Below are positions 38,324 to 53,000 of a stretch of 64,000 bases of DNA, in pieces. The stretch is from Marsupella aquatica. Taxonomy: Eukaryota > Plantae > Marchantiophyta. Below the pieces are notes generated by a model, which was not told where the DNA came from, did no database searches, and saw only the letters and a list, made by a program, of their open reading frames with translations. Made by a program: the position numbers and the translations under genes. The DNA lies in contig OZ316892.1 of the NCBI GenBank assembly GCA_973895155.1, positions 572,917 through 636,916 of the forward strand. The letters run 5' to 3'. Every line of letters begins with the position of its first letter. Positions within the stretch are counted from its first letter, which is position 1.

Positions 38324-41300
38324 CTACCCTTCAGTGTCATATTTTGAGCTCTCATTCTGGGAGCTATGACATCTGTCGGTCGACTCTGCCTCATCATCAA
38401 TATACTTGCTTCTAGAAACATCATCTACGTAGGGGTTCCTCATGAACTTCTTGTCTACTCCCCTAAGAAGCCTAAGTCCTTTTGTTTCCCAGCAGAGTGT
38501 TCTAAATTTCTCTACCTTCCTCGCGATGTTCTCAGCGTATGATGGCAACACAAACGGCTTCTTGGGAGTGATGATTACATTTTGAGCCACTTTCCTCCGG
38601 AGTTGAAACCGTTTTCTTTGGTTCCATTCTGACCTGCTCAAAAGAGAAGTGGAAGAGAAAGAGGAAGTAAGTACTTAACCGATAGAACCGGTGGAATTGA
38701 TGGTTAGCCAACAATTGAAAGGATAAAGGAGCTTACGAGAGACGAAAATTACTCGGAAGACTCTTCGTTGTCCTCCGTTGACCCATCATGTCGGGTTTCC
38801 TCTTTCCCGCTGTCATTGACATCCTCAGGAACATCATCTTCTGGCGTCCCATCATCTTCGTCCGAATTAAAGTTGAGGACAGATCTAAGTCTATCTTTCT
38901 TTTTTCGTCTGGTTATTTGAGGAGGGGGAGGTTGTGTCTCCAAAGGTTTGGGAGAAATGAGATCCAAAAAAATCCTCGAAGCGGTCTCAACAAACTCTCG
39001 ATGATTTTCTAACCCAATGACAAAACGGCCCGAGTAATCCCCAGCAATGAACGTACTACCTGAGCCAACGGTCCAATCAATTACAATATCCTTAGGTATC
39101 GTAAAGAGTTCAAGGACAGTTTGCATAAAACCAACCGGTAGTCGGGAATTCCCAGTAAAATGGAGTTCAGGACAATGATCTTCCTTCAAAGATTGTAGCC
39201 CAATAAGGTTTGAGATTGAAGGATCTTCAGCGCTAGATAACGGCTTGAATCTTGGATCCTTTGGGACCTTTCCTTTAAAAGAAACTCGACAAAATATATC
39301 CAGTCTAAGAGTGAAGACCTGCAAAAGTTGACAAACCAACTGGATTTTAAAAATCTCTTATTCATGAGAGAAGACATCCTAAGAAAGAAAGAGTAGCGTC
39401 GGGCGCTAGTATAGCTCTACTCAGAGAGAACATTTACCTGGACATCTGTCTTGGATCTGTACATTGGGACAGACATGAAAACATTGTGCGTATTGATGCA
39501 CATGAACTTCTTGGATTGTTGACATGCAGAAATGACCTATGAAATCTGATCGTGGTCATCCGAGTATAAGATAGCGAGCATGCCGTCATCGGAAAGGAAA
39601 GGGTCCATCGCCCGAAAAAATGATTCGGCTGCTGTGTGATCTGTGACATTCCATTTTGGGACCCGACGGTCAACAATTGTGGGTTTCAAACCAGTTGGGA
39701 GATAGATGAAACCTACATTCACCCCAAATGATCGTTCCTTCCCACCTTGAATGATTCCTTTATCTCTACACCCCGATTTGATCAAATCCTTACCCCACTT
39801 CTCAGCATCTGAGACCCAATCTGGCTTCTCTTCCTTACTAAATGCACTATCAATGAATTCTGCCAAGCTTGATTCGACCATACAGTGTCTTCCGAGTTTG
39901 GTCTTGAAAGTCCCCACATCCCGTTGGATACCGGCCCCAGAAGCATTATCTCGCGATGATTCCCAGGCATCGATGGTCCTTTTCTTCTTCTTCTTTGTGC
40001 TTGTAGCATCCACAGGAACTATAACCTTCCCCTTCTCAACGGGGGTGATGGGGTCTGGATTGGCACCAGTGTTGGCTTCAGAGACTTCTGGTGTTGCATC
40101 GACTTTTGTGTCATCCGTGGCGGCATCAGATTTTCGACCACCTACCAAAAAATGGTGTCAAGCACAGAAAGAGTGTTAGCGCCAGGCGCTGACCAAACAC
40201 CCACATTAATTTTGGGAAATAAGACACATTAAACTTACGACACATGATAGCGCCAGGCGCTACCAAAGAAGGAAGTCGGAAGAAGGAGGTGTAGCTTACG
40301 TTTTTTCGCAGACTTGGCACTAGCACTTGCCACAGGGGCATCCGCCTTGGCTTTGGCTCTTGGTTTTTGGCTTTGATCAACATGAACCATTGTGGTTTCA
40401 CATTTTTTTTGCAACTCAGTCGTCGACGAGTTGACATCCCCCTCAATTCCTGGCTTCATGTCAGAGACAAGTTGTCTCGGAACTTGGGATTTAGACAGTT
40501 TATGGAAAGCATCCTTCTCAGTGTCGTCAAAAGGAGAATCCCATCTGTCGGTGTCAAGATACCAAGGGCAATGAATTCTCTCCCACTCGGACAATTTCCT
40601 CGGTGGAAGTATACCCTCAACGGGATACATTGAATACAGTTTGGCCAAAATATCTCCATCTGCGCAGATGACCCAATTCTGGAAAGCAGCTGGGTAAGCC
40701 CAAAAATAGTCAGGCTTCACAATCTCCATGTGCATGAAGAAACGATAGACATATCGTTTTGCTCGCTTTTGATTCTTGAGTGTGTAGTCTTCCTTGTCCG
40801 GGTACTTGGACATCCACATCGTATTGAAAAACTTACCTTTCACTGCATCCCCAAATTTTTTGAAATCATTCACTATTTCAATGAGTGAATCATAAGACTC
40901 ACACTTCCATTCCTCCAATCGATTGGAAGGAATTATTTCACTGATTTGCTGGAGGGCAGTCTGTAGCATACCAATGGCAATTCCCTCCACGCTATTCCAA
41001 GTTTGCCAAGTGTGGCACCACTGCTTCACAGGGTCATCGCTAATGCTTTGCGGATGAAAGAACTGCTTCCTGAGCTCTGGCATGCAATGCGCTACTAACA
41101 AAGTGCTCCTCAATTTGGGGTCGAGGGTAGAGACTGCTGTAAATAACCTGGCACGATCCATGGTATAGACAACCGCATCCGGTTTCTTCTCGCGTTTGTT
41201 CACCTCTGTCATCAGATACATCTCAGCACAGGTTGTCATGAAGTCTTCAAACTCAGGACTCAACAAGGGAGTGATCTTTGAGACCTTGATCACCCAATCC

Positions 41301-44300
41301 TTCGTTGCTTCTTTCATCATGACCGCATGTCGTTTGGATGTCTCTTCCTGAGACCAAGGATTTCCCTGAGTGGTAGCTGTGGTGCGTCCCATGGCTCCCT
41401 AAACCCAAGAAACCCCCCCAGCGCAAGCCGATTCCCGCAGGTTTCGCGCTTGGCGAGGCCGTTTCTGTGGCTTAGCGGCATGGGACGCTGCTAACCTCCT
41501 TCTACTACTACTATTAACATTTTACACACATATATTGGACAGATCCTTCATCGGGTCATGAGATACGTAGCCGGCCTAATCTAGGCCTTTCCTTGTCTTC
41601 CCCTCCGTCTTGTTAGGTATGTTTGGATTCCGCCGCTGGAATGATCCCCAATAGGCTTGGTTAAGCCGCTAAGACCTCTCTCAGCTCGACACATCCAACT
41701 CTCACTCCCCTGCTTACTTTCCTTCCTCTGTTAGTTGATGTGGGCACTCTTCACACAAGTTAATGCGACACACAAATAGCAAAATGACTCCTTCTGACTG
41801 AGTCATACCATGCACTTGTCATACAAACAGTACATCTCATACACAAGCATTTAAATACTGCGGCTTGTTTCTTCAGCCACTCTGTTTGGTTGTCGGCCCG
41901 CCGCTGTAGGTTCTCCATCTTCCTCGTGATTTCCTCCAACTCCTCTTGGGTCTCATCCAGGTCCTTACGTGCCTCCTCCAGCTCGTTTTTGGCTTCCTCC
42001 AATTCCCTGTGGGCTTCCTCCAATTCCTTCTTGGTGGTAGCCCTCTCCTCCTGGGTTGCTCTTAGCTCCTTGTCGAGCTCCGCTACGACCTCAGACTCCA
42101 TGTTATTCATCTTGGCATAAGTCTGGTCGAGCTGGGCGTCCTTCTCCCGCAGGTCGGCCTTGAAGCTGGCCGTTAGGGACGCAAGCTCCTGCTGTAGCGC
42201 AATAATCCCTTGATAGGATTTCCCTAACTCGGCCTCCTTCTGCTCAAGGGTTCTACGGATGACCTCGAGCTCTTCCTTCAACGCCCTCTCCCTTCTCTAA
42301 GTCTCCATCGTGACCCGGTTGTTGACTGCTATATGGGCCTCCTCTGCGTCTCTCAGCTCCTTCTTCCATTTCTCCCTATCCTTGATTGCGTCGGCCAATT
42401 CTCCCTGGGTCTGAGTCAGTTTATCCTTGATAGTCTGATTATCAGCCTGCGCGGTGTCCAACTGCCCCTGCATGATGTTCAGCTCATGCCGCTTAATCCG
42501 CAGTTCATCCTAGGCTTTCTTGGCCGCCCTTAGATCTTCAATCTCGGCTTCCATCCTCCTAAGCCGCCGGATGACCTCGTCCTTCTTGCTTCTCTCTAAA
42601 GCCACCGCTTCTTCTAATTGGTGCTTCTCCAACTGCTCCCTATGGAAAAAGGGTCCTACCTCCAACTCCTCCCCAAAGATGCCAAGCGCAAGTTCCCCAC
42701 ATATCTCACCATACTCCATGGCTCTATTCTTAGCGTAGGTGGAGTAAGTAGAAGTGATCGGCATCGCCCAACGCGGCCTCTGCTCCCAAGCCGTCTTGCG
42801 GACCTCTTCAATCGTGGCTAGAGGTTTGCTTCCTTTTTTGGCTAGCCGCCTGATGTCCTCCGGCCAATCTCCTCCTGGAAAATCCTTTTCCCTAGCCAGG
42901 GCTGCCTCCTCTGCTTCCCTAAGTCGCTCCTGAAATTCCTGTGCCGTCTGCTTTATGCCGTCAAAGCTCGGGGGAGCAACATCTGGTGGGGGAGACTCGG
43001 GGCTACTCTGCTGGTTGGGGTCCCCTCGAACTACCCTTGGAAGTGTGGGGATAAACCGGCCACAGGTCCTTACTCCTGGAACGTGATGGTCCGACCCATA
43101 GCCGGAGTTATCATGGCTGCAGTCCTCCACTGCCTCCTCCACCTCTTGGACTTCCGGCTTCTCCCTCTCCTCTTCGTCGGTAGGAGCTTCAGGCAATTCT
43201 GCCTCAGATTCAGAGCTTGAGACTCCCACGTACATTCGAACACCCGGCTTGGATTCTGGCCTGATTCTCTCCTATTTCCGGTAAAGGGGTTTTCCCTTCT
43301 AAGTCTGCTTAGGTTGACCTCTGGGGCAGTGTCCTGTATTGGTGCCGCTGCCGAAGCTGGTGCCAGTGCCGTCTTTTCCTTCTCCAGCATCTTCAGCAGA
43401 TTCTGCATGCTTGGTTGCTGCATTGGCAAGTCTTCCTTCCTTGGCCTAAACACCTGCTCAATCGTAGGGCTAACAGGTGGTTGAGGCTTCTCTGCTACCG
43501 GCCTCGGTGCTGGAGCTTCCTCGGGTGCCCTTACCTGCAGGGGAAGTACTGGGGCAAAGGTCTGACCTCTGGCATACCGGCACAACAGCGGCATGTGATA
43601 GCCAAGCCGCGACACGCTCCCCACGCCGATTACCTGCTGCTCCTCCTTTAAGATCTTCTTCAATTGGTTGAGGAGGTACCCGTTGTAGTCCCGGCTTGGG
43701 TCTGGCCTCTCTGCCAGATAGACCTGTGCCTTGTCGATCTCTGCCCTCGGCAAGTTACAATGCATGGTCACCCGCAAGAAGTCGATCATCTCTCCTATGT
43801 GCGTGTTGGTGCAGGTGTTCCGGAAGAAGCCATTCTTCATTGATGGCCCGGGGAACGACCAGAACTCCTTGTCAGGCAAGGTCTTCCTGGTATCAACTTT
43901 GGTCTTATTGCCTATCGGCAAGCCAAACACTTTGGCAATCACCTTGGGAGTAAGATAGAAATCCTTCCCATATATCCTCATGGAATTGGTCTCGGGTTCC
44001 CATGACCCCACGAATTCTAATAGGTCTGAATCCGGCACCTCCAGCTTCAGCCATGGTAATCTTACAAAGGCCTCTAAGCCGGATCCGGCCTTGAAGCCTT
44101 GGTACTTCTTGGTCTGCATGGCCGTAAAGCATGCATCCTCCTCTCGTGCAAAATGTAGTTGCACCTCCTCTTGTAGGGTTGCCGCCCAGCCCTTCCAGGT
44201 GTCATCCCTGGTTGGAATGGCATTGATGGGATCGTCCTCCTCTTCGGCTTCTCCCTGCCTCCTACTCTGCTGCTCGGCTGGCTTCTTTGGTACCGCCGAC

Positions 44301-46280
44301 CTCGTTCTTTTTGCCGAGGTGGCTTCATCGTTGACGGCTCACTTCCTCTTCATTTCGGCTGCCGTGGAGGTTTCTCCTAGCACGGTTGCCTTTGTCCACC
44401 CCTCCGTGCTACCCTTCAACTCCCAGTGTATGTTATTGCAGTGTTTGATGGCTTCTCGGATGCCGACGACTCTATCTTCGCAAAATAGAAGATCGTCGAG
44501 CTGATTGGAAGTAGGAGTCCACAAGAACTCGGCCTTGATGAGTTTGCCTCCTAAGAAAGCCGTCTTTTGCAGCTCCCACAATCGAGCGAGCTCCTGCCGT
44601 TCTCGAGTTGTCCTTTCTGATTCTTCGTCCTTGTAAGTCTTGATGTACTCAGTTGCCCGTTCGAACAGGCATCCCCAGAAATGTGCCGCTTGATTGACGT
44701 TGCTCATACCCTCCTTAGGTCAATCGTCGGTATCTACTCTCTCCCCGAGTGCTTGCCTAAGCAGCTGACAGTAGTTGGCCTCTCGTAGTCGTCTGCCTAG
44801 TTCGTGCTCGCAAATGAGCCACCATTCCCTGCAAGCGCTCCTTACCCCTCTCCTCTTCCGGTCCTTCCTCCCGTTGATCCTTCCTAGCCGCCGACGCTTA
44901 GCGCGCCCTAACCCTAATCTTGTTTTCACCCCCAGCGTCCTTACCTCCGGCCTCGGTCCGGGTTCCATAGTCACCCCTAATTGTTTATATTTTCCTTGTT
45001 TTGTCCCTATACTAAGGTGTTTCTAGGGTGTACTCCTACTTTACCCACTTAACTGGCCGAGTGATTCCTGGCTAGGCATCACAGTAGCCGACTCCATGTC
45101 CATCTTGAATTGTCGAGAATAGGATTTAATCTTATTCTCGCATAAGATATACATAAGTGCTCCTTGAGGCATTTTCTTGGAATACCACGATCCTTTTCGA
45201 GTCTTCTGCATCACCTGCCCAAACTTCTTGAAGTTTGCCCCATCGATGATTGATTTGTAGTATTCTAGATCGTTGGACAAAATCCTCTTAATTTGGTCTG
45301 CATCAAGTATCCAGGAAGGTTCCACCACGGCCTATCCAAGTCTACAAAAGAATTGTTCAGTCAAAAGCGCCAGGCGCTAGTAAAAACTACACTATAAAAG
45401 ATAAGGATAGGTGAAATTCAAAGAGAGACTTACTGGTTCACAGTATGCATAGCCGCCTCAATCTCAATCAAAGATCCCTTTTCACCCTTGAAGATAGTAC
45501 ATTGCACACGCGGGTGATACTTGCTATCTTCCGGATTTTCTTTTGTAACGATCAACCATGCGTAAAGTCGATGGTTACCGTCAAAAACGTAAAACATCTT
45601 ATCTTATAACACCATGAAGTCTGGATCGGCCGCACATTCAGCTTCTAACTTCTCATTCTTGGCCACCCACACCGGGTCTCAGGTTGCTCGAATTTCTGGA
45701 GTACAGGTCTGGACATTCCCATTCGAATCTGCCGGCTGGACATAGAACAACATTCCGATTTTTGAGTTGTATCCTGTGCTACGAAAAGAGTCCTTCAACT
45801 TTTCAATTGAAGGACTTCCCTTCTGTAAGGTGCGGACAACTTCCAAGTGAACCAAGCGGCATTGGAATCCTTGGGGGGTCTTTGTCGTGCCCTCGAAAAT
45901 CCTTGCCAAACACCATAACGTGCTTGGAGATAATGTCGGACATCGTCAGTGACATTTCTCCTCGATCTTCCACAACGTATGTGTTGAGATCGTCCATCTT
46001 CGCTCTCCTGCTCTTCAGAAATGTGACTACCGTGACTGTTTCGGGATCTTGGGATGCTGTAGACCGTGTCACACGACGACTGTCTACAGTTCCAGAAAAC
46101 GAGCACTCGGATGTCTGGGAATGGATCTGCTCTCTCTACCCGTTAGCACTATACCCATGCGAGGTGGTGGGGAGGGTCCATGTTTTGCATACACGAAGTG
46201 CTTCACGATCGTGATGAGTACCTCATTCGTACCGTACTTCTTCTAGAGAATTCTTTCACGAAGAACCTCCAAAACGGAAC
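38324..46280 (-). pseudogene. Spliced gene: ParB/Srx-like N-terminal domain + beta-class N4/N6 DNA methyltransferase-like C-terminal domain; disrupted by stops, a frameshift and solo LTR copy 4
   Basis: IEKLKDSFRSTGY...MFYVFDGNHRLYAW (DGNHR at 45568-45582). VGFIYLPTG...FFRAMDPFLSDDGMLAI, then RLPVGFMQTVLELFTIPKDIVIDWTVGSGSTFIAGDYSGRFVIGLE (39052-39078). Frame-preserving GT-AG introns at 45433-45342, 40299-40142 and 39437-39319. Start codon uncertain. Confidence 0.72.
41378..45083 (-). mobile_element. Giant solo LTR, copy 4 (3706 bp; about 0.95-kb internal deletion near 41847; most diverged)
   Basis: Same termini, TSD GTAGC (41373-41377, 45084-45088). Confidence 0.95.
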
Positions 46281-47088
46281 CTAAATACAGCGGACAAGGG
46301 AGGTGGGGAGAGTATCATCTCTAAACTATCCCCTCGATACATTGATATCTATTTACGACATTCTCCTGAGCACCACTTGTCAATTCTGGATTAGTTGTTC
46401 GAATACCGTTGGCATATCTTCAACGTTACGCGACCTAACGTTACCGTTGAATATGACCGTTAAAGAATAGTTCGGTGATTTTAATCTATATTCCTAGGTC
46501 AAATCTGATATTGGTCAATATAGTGCCTGGCGCTACCCAAAACGATCAATATTTAAACCCTAAATTTTCCCTAGGTTAGGACAACATTGACCCCGAAGTA
46601 TAAAATAAAAAACAAAATGAATACAATTTTTGAATAGTTGTCCTTAAATGAATGTCATGATTACGGTTTCAGATTAGCGCCCGGCGCTAATATTAAATGG
46701 GCACATTTTGGTAAAATTTAGGGTTTAGATAATATTTGGAAAATAGCTGCAAACATTAGGATCTATTCTGAAACCCCGGATAAAATATTCCAGTTTAATA
46801 CCACAATTTAGGGTGTGGGTTTGAGTAGCGCCTGGCGGTAAACATATATTGCACCATTTTGGGTCCATGTTGGAGTGAGGATGTTTGAGTAGCGCCCGAT
46901 GCTACTCAATTAAGATGATTTAATAAACATGATTATGCTCTTTGGAAATGGACATCTTAGGCTCATTAGTGTAAATGTCATTGACATAATGACAAAAAAA
47001 AATTATTGTGTCAGATGTGCTTTCGACCGGTAGTGATTCTGTCGTATTCTAACGGCTCTGACAAACGGATTATTCACTATGAATACCA

Positions 47089-50000
47089 TTGTGTGCATTC
47101 AAAGACATCATTCATTATTGTGAACTGAGTGTTTTTGGGTTGGATGATCTTACAATGTCGAGGTCAATCATTCTGACGCGTCCGTCTACCGGTGACCTTG
47201 TATCCATTCCATTGTCGGCCAATGACGTATACAAGCAAGTTAGTGAGAATTATCTCTGTGGGCGCTTTGGTTTGGATTTGAACGACATTGAGGACATTTT
47301 GGAGGAGGGAAACGGCGATGAAACCTCTAATTTCACTGCTTCTTTTGATGTTGATGACGGGATTCATTTTTGGCACCTGAATGCAGGAATTCGGTATTCT
47401 ATTGTCATTCGAAAACCAGTCGCATCCGATCTCCCATCTTCATCCAAACCCTTTGTTGATGTTGTCTTGCTTTCAGATAGCGACGATGATGGACCTTCTG
47501 GTTTGCCTAAGCGTAGTGCTAAACCCCCTCACACAGTTGTTAAACAGGAGGTTACCCCTGTTAAACAGGAGGTTACAGCAATTTTTACCAAAAATTCCAT
47601 TGTGTATCAGAGAAGTGCAATGGATACCATTCTCAAGTCAACTGGTTCCAGTGAAATCTCGAGGTTCATCGCGGCTGGGGACTTCTGCCATGAACAAGTT
47701 GGCTGTTTGCCAAAGAAATACAATGGAAATATTGTATTCGAGTTGCCTCCTGCGGGAGCTCTTTCAAAGGGGTCACGTCTACGCAACATGGACCGGTCAA
47801 AGGATTGCTACATTTGGACCAGAATATTTCCTACATCAGCTAATGTTCATCCCAAGAAATATTGGGAATTTGGTAAAGTAACATGCACTGGTTCCATTGA
47901 GTGTAGGAATAATACTTGCGACTATTTTCGACGGAAGCAAAGGAGGAACCAGAAGGCCTGGGGTGGAACCCCCAAACTTGGCGGGCAACATCGTGTTGGC
48001 TCCTTCATTGACGAAGGTGGAGTTGTTTGCCAATTTTGTGATCAAGTTCCGTTTTGTGTCCAATCCTGTCCAACAAGGTTATTTTACATGTACCCTCAGG
48101 TTCTAGTTGACTCAGAAACCTGTACTCACATGTCCCGCTTGGCAATTCATATGGGGATCCACAACCATCCTTCAAGAAAGGTGTTTTCTCGGAGCGCAGA
48201 GAAGATTGTTGAGGAGGTTATCAAAAAGAAATTGGAAGGAAATCCAATTTTCACCCCTGCTGGTGTAAAAAATGTGGCGACAGGGTCCTTTGTAAAGTCC
48301 TTGTGTGAAAGTGTGGAAGATATTCAAGATATTGAAGAAACAGAGATATTTGAGTCGCTCATGGTAGTTTCCACACCCCAGAAGTTTGCGTCCCTCTTTC
48401 GTAGTGTTAGACAGGACCAGAAAGGTCGAGGTGAACTTGATTTTCTTGTTCGGTATCAAAGAAAGAAATATCAACATGCCATTTCTCCAAAGGTACCTCC
48501 TACCAGGTCAAGGATCTCAAGAAGACCGTCCTCACATATTCAAGATGACTTCGGTCGGCCATGGATCAGGCGTCGATCTTTTGAGACAAATGCAACCTGG
48601 TGGAAGTCTCGAAGGTGCTTGGGTAAGTTTTGATGTGATGAAACAACTCACAAAAGACTGGGTTACTTTTAGTGCGCATATTTATGATCACAACTATCGC
48701 ACTTTGTGTACCTTATTTACCTGCGAACTAAAAGCAGAGGATACAGAGTCGTTCGAGAAGGCTTGGAGACTAATGATTGAGGTGTCCAAGGAGAATGGAT
48801 TAGAAAATCCGATTATTCATGGATTCATGGCGGACAATGCTCAAGCTGGTTGGTTGGCAATCCGAAATGTCTTTTTTGGAGGGCATCCAAACCCAAAGCG
48901 TGAGCGAACTGACGCATTCCATTTCTACCAAGCCTTCCATCGCCATTCAGTTGAAGGAGTGATTGAAGAGAGTCAAGCAGAGCATCGTAGGCTTTGGGAT
49001 AAGATGCGAAATGCCCCCACGTTTGTAGAGGCTTACAGAATTTCAAGGGAGATTGCTTTGTGGTGGCAGTCGAGTAACTGTGTCCCGGGGAAGCTCCGGA
49101 TGCTCCAAAGTTGGATTTCACGGTGGGTCGTCAGGTGGAGGCAATGGGGAAATTTTATTCGTTTGGTAAGTTAGTTTACTTTGCTTTCCGCTCTTTAGGT
49201 ATTGTTGTGCTATATTCTCATTACAAAATGTTTGTATCCATATTCAAATATTACAATACCATAGCATCCTTTAATACTAGCGCCTAGTGCTATCATTTAT
49301 TCAAACTGTCATATGACACAATACGACGCAATAAGTTGTTCCTTAATGGACAGTGCCAATTTTTACTTCTAGGTACGTACAGACTCCACTTCACTAGCGC
49401 CCGACGCTAGTGTTTTCTTGTTGCGTAACAGACAATTTATTCTATGTAATTGCAGAACAAGAGTGTCGAAGAAGGGGCTAAGATTCCTAATTGTACAGGA
49501 TCAGAGTTCGTGCACGCAAGTATGAAAGCATGGGTAATGAAGAAAAAGGTTGGCCTCTTTGAGGCATGTGAAATGGACCAAAATTAAGCTATTTCTCAGG
49601 TTGCTACTTACACTGCGTATTGGAAAGGGTTGCATAGAGGAAAAGGTCCCACAATTTGGGAACTCGCTTTCCGATCAGCGGACCAGGCAGGCTCCCCCAA
49701 GTTGTATGAAGATGCAATGATTATGCTACTGTCCAATGCTGTCGAGTTTGACTTGGAGAGACGTGCACCTCTCAATGGAGACGTTGTCACCAAATCTTTG
49801 AAGAGGAAAGGACATGCATCTGGGAATATCTCGCCACAAGACTCCCATAGGCATGATAAAATCCTTGTCACCTCGCCCAATACTAGATCGATGAAAAGGA
49901 AGAATCTTAATCGCACGACGTTTGATGCTATCCCTGGCCCCACGCCTCAAGTTAATCCTGTTGTTAATCTGTCTGGAAGTGACATTTTGGGCGGTGGAGA

Positions 50001-53000
50001 AGATGTCGATTTCAATACCCCTCCTGCTCGAGACCGAATGCGTTCAACGAGGCTTCCCCAGACTGCTCCCTCCGTGCTTCAGCATCCGTTACAAGAGTGT
50101 CCTGTCCGTGAGACTGAGGTTGCTCCAGCTACATGGCAATTACGTCAAACTTCAAAATTTGGCGCTGGTCCTCAGTGCAACGGATCATTTTCCCATAATT
50201 CTGAAAGAGACGAGTGTCGCAATCACATGAAAAAAGTTGGATTTCCCTCACCACATGGTGTTATCGGCGTTGTTGTCAAAGGACAACGCATTTTCAAGGG
50301 GGAACCCATAACCGAAATGATTTGGTTTTGCCCAAACAATACATGTTACAGAAGCCGCCCGCGTCGAGGTGTATTGAACCTGCCCCCTGTGGACTAGCTC
50401 AAAATAGGGTATGTAAGAAACTCATCATTTTTTTGCTTTTTGTACAAGGATAGTAAGAAATACATTTTAGCATTAGTAAAGTACTTAGGGTTTGCAACCC
50501 TAAGTCATTAAGGAAGGATAGTAGGGAATCATGGAAGAGAAAAATATGTTGTTCTAAGAAGATGTAAAGGGATAAGTGAGGTCTTTATGGTAGGGCAGCA
50601 AATATTCTTTCCTTAGTTAGGATAGGCGACTAAGTCGGGACCGGAAAATGACCCAACACCTGACATCTCATTTTTGGCTAATATTTCTCCCATGGGTGCG
50701 GGGAGGTCCCTAGGGAACCCTGAAAAATTATGAAGTGAAGTAGGGTCTCAACCTAGGAATTGTGAGTATTTTGGCTGAACTTAAAATAACCATCTAGCGG
50801 GTCCCGGAGAAATTAGCCAAGGGGTAGATATTTTTGGTTCGAGGTTAAAATTGGGTATAGTATAGCCCATAATATCCCTTGAAAGTCTAAGAAGTAGTTT
50901 ATCAACTTTGGTTAGTTTTTGGGAGCACCTCAAAGATTGGGAAAAGTAATGCAACCTATAGATATGGGCAAACTTAGGTATTTTTAGAAAAGTCAGTGCG
51001 GGGTATTTAGTGCGTTTGACAAATTCAGGAGGGAGTCCTATGTCCAAGGATCCCATAACTATGCTCAGAAGTTCTTTTAGACCTATGAGTGATTTTTGGC
51101 ATGGCTTTAAAAAGGGCTAGTACAAAGTTTTCTCCCGCGAGAGAACCAAATTGTTTCTAAGTGTGGAAACGCGACGACGCGGCTGCGACGAGGCTAGCAC
51201 GAGGCAGGAAGGAGTCTAAGCACGAGGGCGGCTGCGAGTTGAGTGATTAGACTATGAAATCACATGGTGGAAAATCTATGGTGGGCTATTGTTGCTCCAG
51301 CACGAGATCGGTTAACTTAGGCAATGTGAAATTGATGCAGCAGCTATCTAGTAAACGTGATCTCTGCCTGGATGCTAACAAATTGAGAAAGGGCAGGCAC
51401 TACATAGGCTATAGAGCTTGCTGCCAAGGAAATGTGGATGTTGCTGGCTGATTCACTCTACTGGCTGATTCAATGTGCTGGCTGATTCAATCTGCGGGTA
51501 GGTAAGCTTGTGCTGAGTAAATTCAAAAGAGAATGGCTGGCAATTGAGAATCCATGTGTTGAGCATTGATCAGCTGCTGCAATTTACAGTAGTTGTGAGC
51601 TATGGCTACTCCTGAGAAAATCAATCACAATCCAGCCCAACAATTAGAAGAGACTCAGTCATAAATCAGAGGAGAAGCTACTGCAAAAATCAGTCAAGCA
51701 ATTAGTCAAGGAATCATCCTCAAATCAGCTGCACAATCAGGCACGATGCTAAGCTCTATAGCTTCTGGAAAGACTGGACCTTATGAGGAACTCTCTCAGG
51801 TCGACACCTGGTATACACATAAGTGTAAACCGGGACCTATGACAGTGTAATTCGGAGCCCTTTTGCACACAAGGGATTGAGAGAAGGAAAATGCCATAAC
51901 TTGAGCTAGGGGCATCCGTTGGGGCCCATATTTTTTGTGCCGATTCAAGGGAAGGTAAAGCATCGTTGAGTGAAGGTAGAAACCCAGGAAAAGAAATACC
52001 CAGAGATGTTTTAAACCGTCGCCATGGGGGGTCCCACTAGCTTGCAAACAGGAGCTGCCAAGGGGGAATGAATACCAGATGTAGGGCCAAACACTTTGGG
52101 TACCCATACCACTTTAGTAAGGCTCTAGGGAAGGGTACTTACCTTTGGTCGAAGGTGCAAGGCCATCAAGTTAATAGAAGTGAGTATAGAGGGTAGTTTG
52201 CTTAGGGTAGTATAAGGGGTACAAGTCAAATAAGGCCAACTTTGACTAGGCATAACTTTGGACTCAAGTACTCTTTTTGCGAGCTTTCAAGTGCGTTGGA
52301 AAGCTGATGAAGAGGACCATAAGTGGGAGCAGGTTTGGAGGTCAAAGCATGCAACTCATGTGTGGCATATTCCAGGGCTTGGAAGGAGTCAAGCAATAGG
52401 TTGTAGAGTGAGCTATGAACTATAGTTTGGACTTGGTGTGTTAGGAGGACTTGGGGGAGGTATAGTTGGACCCCAGGTCAAGCTTGGTGTGGTGTGAAAG
52501 GAGAAGAGTATATAAGGTGGAAGATTTCATTTGTTGAGGACCAGAAGTCTCATTCTTAAGTGTAAGCTCTACCTTGCAAGTTGGGGCTAAGATTGAGAAG
52601 GGGAAGGAGGTCCATGCTTAGTGTGGAGAGTGTGTAGTGACCTTTTATGTAAGGATTGAGTATACAATAAAAGGATTCTTCCAATCTTCATTGTGACCAC
52701 TAAGTGTGACTAAATGTGAAGTGTTTGAGAGCAAGAGAAGAGTCCATGCTAGGATGCAATCTTGGTCTAATCGTGAAGGGAATGTGCTGGTACACAACCA
52801 AGGCCAGGGAGGCAAGGTTAAGGTGGAGCACTACTTTGGGGTTTAGAGATGATTGTATCTTGAGGGTGGAAAGTACCTTGCTTTGTGTGAGAACCAAGAG
52901 GAAGAGTTCTTTGCAAGAAGAGTTTTTCTAGAGCTCAAGGGGGTGTGTGGACCCAAACCAAGGCCAGGGGGGCAAGGTTAAGGGGTAACACTACCTTGAG

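Noticed and set aside
38324-46280. Bacterial or phage contamination as the source of the ParB/MTase gene
   Set aside because: The gene has frame-preserving spliceosomal introns and contains a plant LTR insertion with a TSD.
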